Position numbers and translations under genes: made by a program
Source: Podarcis erhardii
Lineage: Eukaryota
DNA length: 64,000 nt
Strand: one strand, 5' to 3'
NCBI GenBank assembly: GCA_964252035.1
Contig: OZ176204.1
Notes under the pieces: model-generated
Told to the model about the DNA's origin: nothing
Databases searched by the model: none
The model's input: only the letters and a program-made list of their open reading frames with translations
Part shown: in pieces, positions 12,915 through 25,250 of the stretch
Layout of the letters: the number at the start of each line of letters is the position of its first letter
Position numbering within the stretch: the stretch's first letter is position 1

Positions 12915-13369
12915 CTGGGTTAATGCCACTTCAGATTTGTTTTAATTTGAGAGTAGAGAAATTGTGGCCCTCCAGACATGTTTGGATTGCAGTTCTCAAT
13001 AGCCCCAGCTAGCATGGCTAATAGCCAAAAATGATAGTTCAGCAGCAACTGGAGGGCCCAAAGTTCCCCACACCTGTTTTAAATCGCTCACAGAAGAAAG
13101 CTCATCTATATTGGTACTTGCAGTTGGGGATTAGGATATATGTTTATTCAGACCAGCCGGAATTTTTCAAAGTTTTTGGGATTTTTTCCTTGCTTGGCTG
13201 TGCCAGGAGATTGGACCTGGGATCTTTGGCATGCAAAGCATGAGCCCTATCCGTGAGCTATTGTCTTCTGCAATAAAGGCATGGGATGCTGCTGGAAGCA
13301 ATAAGAGAAATAATAGGCCAGGGAAGACAGAGTTGGTAGTGAGAGCAGAAATACTTTGGAATGAATTTG

Positions 13370-13615
13370 TACAGTGGTACCTCTGGTTACATACGCTTCA
13401 GGTTACATACGCTTCAGGTTACAGACTCTGCTAACCCAGAAATAGTGCTTCAGGTTAAGAACTTTGCTTCAGGATGAGAACAGAAATTGTGCTCAAGCAG
13501 CGTGGCAGTAGCAGGAGGCCCCATTAGCTAAAGTGGTGCTTCAGGTTAAGAACAGTTTCAAGTTAAGTACAGACCTCCGGAATGAATTAAGTACTTAACC
13601 CAAGGTACCACTGTA
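13370..13615 (+). mobile_element. Tc1/mariner (Tigger/pogo-like) MITE
   Basis: TA-CAGTGGTACC...GGTACCACTG-TA, with an internal tandem GTTACATACGCTTCAG x2. Same family as 19622-19867 and 23371-23607. Confidence 0.92.
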
Positions 13616-14588
13616 CCTGGAAATAATTGGGTAGTTAAGCATATATCCATGCCACCAAGACTGCAATCTCAAATGGTTAACCGTTAATAAGTCTCATTGA
13701 AATCAGTGAGACTTGCTTCTGGTTAAGCTGTAAAAGAGCTTTTTTGCATTCTCCACCCCTAATGTGAAAGAAAACCTACATAAACTAGAATGGGTATTGT
13801 ATTTTACCATGCAAAGAGTAAAGAGAAGTTTCTGCTGCAATCCTTATACCCATTTACCTAAATAAACTGAACTCAATGAGACTTACTTCTGAATGAACCT
13901 GTATAGGATTGCTCTGTGAGGCATGTTGTTAGTGTCAACACCTTGAAGCACCATGCAGTTTAAAACTGGGGAAATCCATTTTGCGGTCCAGCAGCTTACT
14001 GGATTCATATGCCTTTGTGTGTTATAGAAAACATACATTAGTCATTTAAAAAAAAAAAAAAAAAAGTTCCCCTCTGTGGGTGAGGATCAGAAGAAATTTA
14101 TTTTCCAGAAGACTCACATTCTGAGGACTTAAAGCACTCTAAAATTATGCCACCTGCTATTAAATCAAAAGGATGGGCAGCCCTATATGGGTCTCGAGAT
14201 CATTTTAAAATCGTGTTATTTTGTTGTCGGCATTTCCTTGCTTTTAGCTGCCATTATTTAAAAATCCATTTCCTTAAAGCTGATATCTAAGTTATAGCTT
14301 TTGGATATTGTAACAGTGAACATGTTAATGCATTCTAATTTGTCTAATTTATATCTGAAATGGGATGGGGAACATGTGAAAAGATTGTCCAGAAATACAT
14401 GCTGTTTGGAGAACGGAATTAGATTTAAGTACTAAGGAAGGAATTTGCAATACTAGTGTGTCTCTTCTCGCTTTCTCATTCAAAACTCTGATGCTTCAGC
14501 CATATTCTGATAAGCAAAAGCATACCTTCTTCAGATGTGCAGTAAGTCTAGAATTCTAAAGAACAAGTATTTCTATCAATAAGGTTGT

Positions 14589-15128
14589 ACCAAATAGTAT
14601 GGGAAACAGCCTTATTAGAAGAACTAACCAATAAACTGAAACTGACATGGGGGAAATGGAAGAAGATGCCTTCACCCCTTTTATCACATACACAGCCCAA
14701 CAAGACAACGACAAGAATCTACCAACAGCATACGAATCAATATGGCTAACCTGACTCAAAACATCCACCCACCCCACTCAAACATGAAAACAAAGTTCAC
14801 CACAGCCAATCACAATCAAACAACCACACCCTAGGCCAACCTCAACCTCTCTCACCACCAAAGGAAAACAAGCGAATAGTAAAGAAAACCTGCACGTGTG
14901 ATGCTGACACAAAACCCCACACATACAATAAGTAAAATAGAAACATCGCCATCCGACTCCACCCCCACTCACCATGGCCCCCTCCACCTCTTTCCCCTTT
15001 TTCTTCCTAATGTAACGCTAATGTCTTGGCATATGAAACTGATGTGTAGAAAATGTAACTTGAAAAGAGAGACATTGCACATACTTTTGTAAACCAAGAA
15101 ATCTTTCATAAAAAATTATGTTAAAAAA
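14589..15128 (+). mobile_element. L1 3' end (ORF2 C-terminus, 3'UTR and poly(A)), 5'-truncated
   Basis: Translates as YQIVWETALLEELTNKLKLTWGEMEEDAFTPF...ESIWLT*. A-tail at about 15123-15130 and TSD AATAAGGTTGT at 14578-14588 and 15129-15139. Confidence 0.8.
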
Positions 15129-15906
15129 AATAAGGTTGTTCTCTGTTATGATAATTAGGGATGGAACCTACAGCTACAGATACAGTCTAGCTTTGAATAC
15201 ATGGAGAGATTTCTTTTTATTGTTCTAAAACAGTATGCCTAACAGTGAAGAAAACTATGTTTTTATTCACAATTTTAAACTCACAATTTTAAGTCAGTGT
15301 AACTAAAAAAACCACTTATTAGCTAAAGGGTATTTAACTGATGGGGAACATCAATTATTCTGTCGCAGCACCTGAATATGCAAAGCATTTATCCTCAAAG
15401 GGGCTAAAAGTACCTAAGGTTAAACTTAATGATTTAAGATGGAGGAAAATTCTGAATTCATGCTGTTCAGATAGCAGGAGCAGCCTCAGCCTATCTTGCA
15501 ACAAGTCTGCTCATAAGCAAAAATCAGCCTACTGGTTCCTTCTGTCTAGCAGGGATTTCAGTCACATACCTCTGAATGTCTCCTCCCTCAATAGCAATTT
15601 TCAATGGCAATTTTGTAATGCATAACATTACACAGCCTCTGTGCAGGGTGATATGTGACTTTCCATTTAATAATTCAAAATATAACGATTACCAATTTAT
15701 ATATGGTATGACTTTTGAAGCACATTTTCTTCTTCTTCTTCAAAAGCATTTTTATTGATTTTCTATTGCAAATTTACAGTGGAGGGAGAAGGGAGGAAAA
15801 AAGAGGGAAGGGAACCCCCGAACCCCTCCCCCACTTTGTCAGCTCACTCTAGCCATCCAATAACCATCATTATACCCATCTTAATTTATACATATAGCTT
15901 GATATA

Positions 15907-16151
15907 AAGGTAAAGGTAAAGGGACCCCTTCCCATTAGGTCCAGTCGTGACCGACTCTGGGGTTGGGGCACTCATCTCGCTTTACTGGCTGAGGGAGCCA
16001 GCGTACAGCTTCCGGGTCACGTGGCCAGCATGACTAAGTCGCTTCTGGTGAACCAGAGCAGCGCACGGAAACGCCGTTTACCTTCCTGCCGGAGTGGTAC
16101 CTATTTATCTACTTGCACTTTCACATGCTTTCGAACTGCTAGATTGGCAGG
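15907..16151 (-). mobile_element. Sauria SINE (5'-truncated)
   Basis: The (ACCTTT)n tail is seen as AAAGGTAAAGGT on the + strand, with the diagnostic body GGGTCA(T/C)GTGGCCAGCATGACTAAG. TSD AGCTTGATATA at 15896-15906 and 16152-16162. Confidence 0.93.
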
Positions 16152-18105
16152 AGCTTGATATATGTTGTCCAAATAGATACCCAAGCAGCATTGCTGTTTA
16201 TAACAAGTGTTCAAATGTAGCAAGGGTGTACAAACCGTTGTGTAATAGATGGTGGGTATTTATCCTTCCAGCTCAAAGTATAATTCTCTCATATATATTT
16301 TTGTGCTTGCTTGCACCAAGGGCTGATATCTCTATTGTCCCATCCTGAATTCAGAACTGCAGCTGGAATCTGGTTACTATGGCAGTCCTCCCAGTGAAGG
16401 CAGTGCTAAGCAGATCTGGGAGCAAACCCAGCCCAGGGAGATGATGCGCATTTCTCCATAAGAATGCAGCAGCTGTGTAAAATTTTAAACCCTAAATAAC
16501 CATGGGTGAGTCATTCTAAAAAAAGAAAACGTAAAGGTGCTAAGAAATGCAAATTATTTGCTGGAAGAATCAGAGAAGCCAAAATGGCTTTGAAGAGATT
16601 AAGAAGTGTGCCTATGTATCTGCTGTATAATCCTGAAATTATATCAGTGTTCATTATGCAAAAAGTATGGAACACAAGTCTAAGCATCCTGCAGTGGCAA
16701 TGTCTTAAAGAATATGCAGGGCTTATCAGAAAATTAATATCTTGTTTAACGGATTTGTAACAGGTTCCTCTGAACAACACTTTTCTCCTTAAAGTTACTT
16801 TTGGAAAGAATAATTATTTACGAATACCACGTTTACATGTTTTACTCTGAAGTCTCTGTCAGACACATTTTATCTTTTTCCTTTGACAGCACCTCACTAG
16901 CTTATTTTTGCTCCATTAATCTTCCCAGCTTCATATATCTCCATTTTGTTATCATGTTTTTACTTATTGACTTCGTTTAAAAATTGCAGTATTGAAGGTA
17001 TGGGTCTATGGGTGGGGGGGGAGAAGCATTTTGCTCTGATGTTTTAAAGCGACTTACCCGGTATTTCTTTCTTCTTTCCCCTTGAACTTAACAAGCAACA
17101 GACAAGGAAAGCAGATCTGTGGCTTGTCAGGTAACCAGAGGGTGGCACTGGTCTTTCATATCTAGATGGTTTAGGTCATGCCATGAAATATTTAAAAGAG
17201 TTTATGTAAGTTGAAAGCAGTGTATGCATTCTATAGTCTCTCCCAAACATCTGTGACTGAAACAACTAAGCGTGACATATTTATATATACTCTTATTTCT
17301 AGAGACTTGTAGTTTAGAGCTAAGCTATATACAGCCAAAGATGCAAGCATCAAGATAACCATTGTTACTATAGGTTTAGTCTCTGCCATTATGATGCCAG
17401 TACATCTCAGTAGTATTTTGTACAAAACTTAAATCAAATCAGCAAACAGATATGCAAGCACCCCAAACAATGCCTCAGAATGCACAGAACCTGTTTCAGT
17501 TAAATATTTCTTGAAATAAGGAAGTTTTTTCGTGTTTTTTTTTAACTGAAGCACCCTAGATCTGGCTCAGCCTTATATTGTAATTGCAAACATTTTTGCT
17601 GGTGTACTTGCCTGCAGAGCTGTTACATTATAGATTTTGATGTGGCAGTGAACCAGCAATGTAATTGTTTGGTTTCGCCTAAAGCAGAAGAAAAGAAAAC
17701 ATTGTTGTTTCCCACTTTAGTCCCTGGGGAATATTTGGGGGCTTTGAACTAGAAGAAAGGTTGCAGGTTCTATAACAATGTCAGAAGAGGCCTGGTGAAT
17801 CAGGCCAAAGGTCTTGTACTCTTGTACTCACAGTGGCCAACCAGGTGCCTGTGGAAAACCGAGAAAGAAGTTATGAGCACAACACTCTCCCCCATTTGTG
17901 ATTCCCAGTAATGGGTAGTCAGAGGCATTTCAACTCCGATACTGGAATTGGCTGAAGTCTTTTTAAAATCTGAAAACAGAAACTTGGGGATGGGACCTGG
18001 AAAAATCCTTAAAGGTCCTGAAGACTGTTCCTCAAGTCTACAGTATAGCCCTTGACATAGGGCAAGAAGGTGCTTACGTGGCAGAAGGCAGATAGTTAAG
18101 CGCTC

Positions 18106-18305
18106 CACGCCTCTACTTCTACCCCACCCCGATCCCATCAGCTGGCTTCCTTAACTGCTGTTTTTTTCTCCTACCTCTTCTGAGCATTCTCTCTCATCTC
18201 CCCGGTAACCAACTGTACTCAACTGCCTGCCACTCCATTCTGATCCTCCCAACTGGCCTGTGGTATTCTTGTAGGTTTGGGAACAGTGAGGAGACCTTGC
18301 AGTTG
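18106..18305 (+). repeat. 200-bp segment identical to 27493-27692
   Basis: Base-by-base comparison shows no mismatch, including the T7 run. Confidence 0.95.
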
Positions 18306-19621
18306 AATAAATCATGTACCCAGGATATTAACATTGCCTGGATCTCTTATGTGGAGCACTGTGTTTTCATTTATTCTTCTGCAGTGCCCAAGAAACAACA
18401 GAGTTTCAATGCTTAAAAGAAAAAAATATGTCCCAGTACAGCAAAACGTATCTATTTGCTTGAAGCTCAAACTCAGATGTGAAACTGCAACCAGACAGAG
18501 GCATTTCTGAATAAAGGGGTTTCATTTATTCTTCATTGCAGGCTGATCTCTCAAAAATTTGCTTTGAAAATCAGAACACTCAACCATTTACCACGTTGGG
18601 GCTGTCAAGGAAATTAAAGGGGGATCAGAGTAATTCTACAATTAAGGGCTACAAACAAGTATGAGCAGAGTAATAGCCAGTGGACTGTGGAGATCCAGAA
18701 CCTACATTCCTTCTATAAAATGAAATGAACCTGAACATTAAGATGCTTACCTACACTTCTCGCATTCTGCACTCTATAGTGTATTCCCTGCATGCACATG
18801 CTTCTATTGATCAAACTTAGGCGAAAAATCAAACAGTAGCATACTGTAAACAACTGCTATAACAATACATCAGCATGGGTAGAAAAATTCTACATACACA
18901 ATATGTAGATTTATTTTTTATTTTAAAAACCCTGCCTTCTAAATTTTGTAATATCAGGTGTTGGTGTGGCTTATTTATTCTTATAAACCCCAGTCTTGTA
19001 AGCAATATACATTTGGGTGTATGTTTAAGAAATTGTCATAACATTGTATTAGGAAATAGTTCTTCCCCAAATCACCATGTTTTCTTTTTTAAAAAAGATA
19101 CTTTATCCAGCATTTAACCATTAAGTATCTATTACATACTTTGAAGTGAATCCAGTCATCATTCAATGCTCTCTTTCATTCCTGTTAATACCAGCTGTAG
19201 AGCATTCCAGTTGTAGAGCATACCTTTTACATGAAAAAGGTCCCAGTTTCCATACCTGGCATCTCCACAGAAAACTGGAAAAGACCCCTGTCTGAAACCC
19301 TGGAGAGCTACTGTGAGTCAGTGTAGAGCAGTGGTTTTCTGATTTGGGGTCACCTTTAGTCCAAATGTGCATTTGGGGACGCACTTTTAAAATGTGTGTT
19401 GCCGTTAATTTGAAAGTGGATAGTGCTTCTATTGCCACCCAGCCTGGATCAGCCTGCAACTCCACATCACACCATTGTAGTGGGTTGGCACAATACTTAT
19501 TGGTTATAACTAAATTAGGGCATGCCCTCTAGGGCACTAGTCAAAGCTCTTCTGGGTAGACTTCCCCACAACATTTATTTTTAAAATGTTTCTTTTCAGA
19601 ATGTTGTACTCCTATGGAAAG

Positions 19622-19867
19622 TACAGTGGTACCTTGGGTTACATACGCCTCAGGTTACATACGCTTCAGGTTACAGACTCCACTAACCCAGAAATAGTAC
19701 TTCAGGTTAAGAACTTTGCTTCAGGATGAGAACAGAAATTGTGCTCCGGCGGCGCGGCGGCAGCAGGAGGCCCCATTAACTAAAGTGGTGCTTCAGGTTA
19801 AGAACAGTTTCAGGTTAAGAATGGACCTCTGGAATGAATTAAGTACTTAACTCGAGGTACCACTGTA
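19622..19867 (+). mobile_element. Tc1/mariner (Tigger-like) MITE
   Basis: TA-CAGTGGTACC...GGTACCACTG-TA; near-identical to 13370-13615. Confidence 0.92.
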
Positions 19868-22800
19868 CTAACATTTATATTGTTTATTTATTCATTCCTA
19901 ATTCCCATATTAGGGTTGCCATATTTCTAACAGTGAAAAGTTGTTGAACTATTTTTAAGGAAAATAGCCAAAAACGACATTGCTGACATGGGTTGCGATA
20001 TGTCTGGGTTTTCTTGGACATTTTTTGTGATTTCTGCCTGGACACTGCTTCTGACTGCTGTATTCCGGATATGTCCACGAAATTCCAGAAGTATGACAAT
20101 CCTGTAAGAATCTTTGAAAGGTATGGGACCCGAGCCTATTCCTTTCAGATCAGTTTTTATAGTGTCAAGCCTATGTGCCATTTGTGAGTATGTTCCAACC
20201 ATTAACAAACATCTTTGCAATTATGTATGAGGCACAAATGTTCACTTTACTTTCATTCATGGGCAGTGTATCCCTTTCCCACAGGGCTCTTATCTGAGGC
20301 CTGCACATGAGCATCTAATTGTTTTCATTGTGTTTACATTTTTGCATGTGATGCTATGAGCTCCTGGAGTACTTTTTGATAGATGGGTGAAATATGGATT
20401 TTTGGAATGAATGCAATATAGTCCTGGCTTACCTAACATCTTACCCATCTTTCAATCATTCTCTCAGAACTGCCGTTTTAATTTTTTGTAAATGTCTAGC
20501 CTTATGCTTGCTGGAATTCATGGGACAATCTTTGGTGGTAAAGAGTCTCTTACATTTAGACAACGCTAAGCGTCAAGATTATAGAATCAATCAGCAAATA
20601 GTCTCAAAGCTGTGGAAAAGATTTCACTCAGCTTCTTCATTTCAAAGGGAAATAGGATAACCTTAGGATCACTCAGATAAGGACTATGTCTTAAGTGATT
20701 TACGAAGCAGAGCCTCAGTTGGGAAATGTATTAGCAGGCTTGCATCAAAGCAGATAAAAGGCTTTACGTGCTGGTCCAAAATGTTTGTGCTGTCTGAACT
20801 ATGTTTCTGTAAATGTGACATGAGTTAACACCATGGTTTGTGATGTGCTGGCAGCACAATAGTAGGTATTTCATTTCATCCCACATTCTTATTTACAGTT
20901 GTTTGTCCACCTTATGCTCACATGCTGGTGCTAAAACAAACCTATGTACAAAACAAAGTTTTGCAAACCCCATGGATTCACTGGAACTGTCTGTGAAATT
21001 ATGGGTGTGGTGTAGTTTTATCTTCCCCAAGATTTCATCTCACCTGGTAACATCATGTTAAACCATCTGGGAGAGGGCAGGGTCATGTGGGAGAAACCAC
21101 ATCCTAAGTCTGCCTCCAGTCCAGTCTTTGGATGGATTCTTCCAACACTGTTCCCTCCTTCCTCACATGCTTTTTGTTGTTGTTTTGTTTCTTTTCCTCT
21201 AATACTGTTAAATTTCATGATGGGGCAGCATCCACTCTCCTAAAGTAAGAGTAGTGGGATACAGACATGGGTTGAACAGAGACTTGCTTCCAACAAGTGT
21301 GTTATAATTTATTAAAGCTTATTTAAAACAAAAGCAAGAAAATATAATATATTGCAGACTGGTTATCTAACAGTGCTTAGTTTCACAATTGTTTAAATAT
21401 GGTTACTGTTGCTTTAAAATCAGTGGCTATTATAGCCCTAGTTCTCATCCCCATGTGAATCTAATATGCTGTTCCCCATTCCTCCTCCCTTACTTAACTC
21501 ACACTAATTTAGAGGACTTCCCTTGAAATCTTTTCATTATATGGAATCCAGTTCACATTCCAGGTGCTCGGAATAGTTTGGAAAGATGTGAGTAGACGTT
21601 TGCTCTGACCCACTTCTACCTATGTGATTAAGCTGTTTGTGAATTTGTCCTTAAATTACTATGCTGATGCTCTTAATAAGGATGTATGGGTGGCTTAGTG
21701 TATGTATGCCTGAACACACACACCATTTTAATTGGGAGGGAAAGGATAAACTTTCCACATGGTACGATCCCACTGAAAAAAGCCTCCTACCCCTCTGGCC
21801 TTCTATCAATTTTTAAAAATCCATTCTGTGTGGAGTGGCATGTTTACCATCAATTCTAGTTGGGCTGTCAGGAATATATTGTTCTCTGGTGATTAGAACA
21901 TTCCAGACTCCAAACAGCTGGCTTTCTGCTTCATTTCTGAGGTGGCAGTTCTGAGGAGATGCCTCAGTGTTGCGAACTATGTGGAGAGGAGAATATTTTA
22001 TCACTTTTGTGATTTTCTTGTGGTTTTGTTTCCCTGATAAAAAGGCTGTTACACAGAAGTGTTGTTACTTTTGTTCACAATAGGCAGAGTTCTCCTCTTC
22101 AATTGTCATCATTTGTTGGTGTTTTGTTTTGTTTTGTTTTGTTTTGTTTTGTTGTGTTTTTTGTTAAAGAAGACTCCTAAATGCATTAGCCCTGGTTCCC
22201 CCTTTATTAGCATCCATCATTGTAACTCCATTAACATTAATAGGGTCATCCTGTATTGTGAAAGCTTGTGAATATTTTGGGAAAGGAAAGCTGCATAGTG
22301 AGAGAACTCAAAAGATTGCTTTTTATAACCATGAAATTCTTTTTGTGCTCAAGTGAGAAATACGATACGCTTTCTCTCCAAGGCCCCAGCCTTTCTGTAA
22401 AGACCTACAAAAACTTTACTTGAAACATCAGAGAGATGGATGAGGATCTAAATTTTTTGACCAGTGCCAGAAAACCTGAACAAGCCTTAAACTGTTTTGA
22501 ACATCCCTCATTGTTACAGAAAACTCCTGACTGAAGTGAAGATACCAATATGAAGGTGATTTTCAAAGGTCTGAATAAGCTGTAATGCTGAAGAGATCCA
22601 CACAGTGTCCGTGAAGCTGTATTTTGCAACATCACTTCATCAGTAAAACAGCCATGTTGTGTGGACCTACTATGCACTCCCTGAGGTAATTGTTCTTAGT
22701 AGCTGGACAGGGAAGAAAGAGAAAATCTAATGGGAATGTTTGCTGTTAAATTTGGCTTGTCCATAATACCATTCATGTCAGCAGCAGCAGTGGGAAATGC

Positions 22801-23370
22801 ATTCCTTGGAGGCCGGATTTGCTGCCCCTGTGGATCCTGCTGCCTGAGGCAATCACCTCCACTTGCCTCATGGGTGGACCAGCCCTGCTTACTCTACAAC
22901 ACTGCAGCACTTTGCTGCAGGAACAAGCCACTAGCTTGCTTTCTACTGCACTACATCTACCAACAGCAAGGATCAGTTAATGCCAGGAGACCAGTGGGCT
23001 TCCATCTGTTCCAAAAAGCAGTATACTGACTTTGGCCTGCTCTTTGGTATATAAAACATCACAGGTTTGTAAACATAGGAGACGGTGCTGCTTTTAGACT
23101 CTCCTGCTTGCCTACAAACTACAAGACTCTTTCCCTGAACCAAAGTAGAAACGTCGCCTGGTGGTATTAGATGCCTTACTCATCTCTTCTCTAAGGTATG
23201 TTTTATGGGTACCTCAAACCCAGCCACAGCCAAATGTATGCATTTTTTTCACTCAAGGTGAAATGAACACTCCACCTCAAACATGCATGTGTGTGTGTGT
23301 GTGAGAGAGAGAGTTGTATCTCTCTTTCAAAACTGAGATATTTATGTGGCAAAAGTTTCATGGATAAAAC

Positions 23371-23607
23371 TACAGTGGTACCTCGGGTTAAGTACTTAAT
23401 TCGTTCCGGAGGTCCGTTCTTAACCTGAAACTGTTCTTAACCTGAAGCACCACTTTAGCTAATGTGGCCTCCTGCTGCCGCTGGAGCACGATTTTTGTTC
23501 TCATCCTGAAGCAAAGTTCTTAACCCGAGGTACTATTTCTGGGTTGGGGAGTCTGTAACCTGAAGCGTATGTAACCTGAAGCGTATGTAACCCGAGGTAC
23601 CACTGTA
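23371..23607 (-). mobile_element. Tc1/mariner (Tigger-like) MITE, inverted relative to the 13.4 and 19.6 kb copies
   Basis: Same TIRs and TA; the interior is the reverse complement (CTGAAGCGTATGTAAC x2). Confidence 0.92.
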
Positions 23608-25019
23608 CCTTCAAAAGCACCAGGATGGATAGGACACACTACATCAAACACAACTGCACCTGCAGTATAATCTATATTAAGTGAAAAAAAATCAGAAAGT
23701 CATATATACTAAGCACATGTTTTGAAACCACAAATCTGCAATTTTGAACAAAAAGGTGGAGAAGCCAGATGCTAAAACATTTCAGGTCTGAGAACCACTT
23801 ATCAACTACTGCAGCAGAGGTGTCAACTGATCCCACAGCATTAGTGAAGACGGAGAACTTCTGGGCACATTAATATCACATGGCTTCAACCTGGCGTGTG
23901 GTACCAATATCACTTAGCTTTGGCAAATGATGCCTTTCTAAACATTCCATCCTCAAAGCTCTGTAAGTGCTGCCTTGTAAACGACAACCTTTCATTTTTA
24001 TCAGAGTGGTTGACAAAGGCACAAGCCAAAACATTTTGCCACATAAATAAAATCTGTTATGTTATCCGTAGTACCATATATTTTAGTTACAAACCAAATC
24101 CCCAAAGGGATATAGGGAAAGCTTGTGTGAAGTGTTGTTTGATGCTTTTTATAACTATCTACCTATCTGTAATTCTTGTTGCTATTATTTATATCTTGGC
24201 TTTCAGGATACAAAGCCTTACAAGTAATATTAAACCACATTTTTTAAAAACTAAACAATAGCAAGATTTAAAAGGCCATCATGATAATTCCCATAGGATA
24301 GTTGATGTTACCTGGTTCTGTGAGGGAGTGGGGGAGATATGTGATTTCTTAATAGTCATCCAGTATTCTCCTTATGCATGCAGACCTGAGAAGAAAAGTA
24401 CAGAGCTAATCCGAGCAGCTCAGTCAATGTACCCCTTGGTTTGGGCCAGTGAGGTCATGGTAGAAGTTCTGCATTCTGTAACGGCAGGGCATATTAATAA
24501 ATACACATGTACAACATCTACTGAGGGAATTCCATTTGCAAAATTATTTTGTTTTGGATTATCATTGAACAACCATTTGCCTTTTCAAATTCAATCTTGT
24601 GCTATTACGCTGCCATTCCTTTAAAAACATCCACTGCTCGCTTCCAGCAAAGGTTTTGTGTTCATGCTTGTTTAGTGCACAATTGAATTAGGTAATTGTT
24701 TCAGTAGACAGATCGTTCTTGCAGATTTCAGATTTGTTTGTGGTCATCTGCATCCTGGTTTTGGCCAAGGAAAAGTTTGTTCACACGATTGGGCAGAAAG
24801 GGGTTAAATATCACATGAATAAAGATATTGTAAAGACACTTAGAGATGAATTGGAGCACTTCTTGAATTAATGAAATATTGAAGATTTGAGCAATATTTG
24901 CAGATTTCAGCATTCTTTTTTTGCCACCGAAAGCACCCTAGGAACTGTAGTTCTGTGGGGACTAAAGACCTTTCATAGCAGAACTCCTTGGAATCTTTCA
25001 GGGATAAGACATAGCGCTT

Positions 25020-25250
25020 CTGTTGTTTAGTCATTTAGTCGTGTCCGACTCTTCGTGACCCCATGGACCAGAGCACGCCAGGCACTCCTGTCTTCCACTG
25101 CCTCCCGCAGTTTGGTCAGACTCATGTTTGTAGCTTCGAGAACACTGTCCAACCATCTCATCCTCTGTCGTCCCCTTCTCCTTGTGCCCTCCATCTTTCC
25201 CAACATCAGGGTCTTTTCCAGGGAGTCTTCTCTGGCCAAAGTATTGGAGC
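25020..25250 (-). mobile_element. RTE/BovB LINE 3' fragment
   Basis: Translates as REDSLEKTLMLGKMEGTRRRGRQRMRWLDSV...RTRLND. TSD ACATAGCGCTT at 25009-25019 and 25262-25272. Confidence 0.93.

Larger units (their letters stand above)
233..17086 (-). other. Speculative chain of small exons (17058-17086, 12111-12163, 8476-8485, 7671-7737, 4477-4495, 233-263)
   Basis: Each has GT donor and AG acceptor context, and the spliced product is open in one frame. The protein is not recognised and four acceptors are the rare AAG type. Confidence 0.2.

Noticed and set aside
14118-14138. 21-nt minus-strand microexon candidate
   Set aside because: Weak pyrimidine tract, and it introduces a stop in the frame of the proposed chain.
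14535-14541. + strand microexon look-alikes (14535-14541 and 43118-43125)
   Set aside because: They are isolated with no partners. They show that AG...GTAAGT pairs arise by chance, which lowers confidence in the minus-strand chain.
22380-23195. GC-richer, coding-looking stretch with splice-like ends
   Set aside because: All frames are interrupted by stops and I recognise no protein or TE motif; a BLASTX search would be needed.
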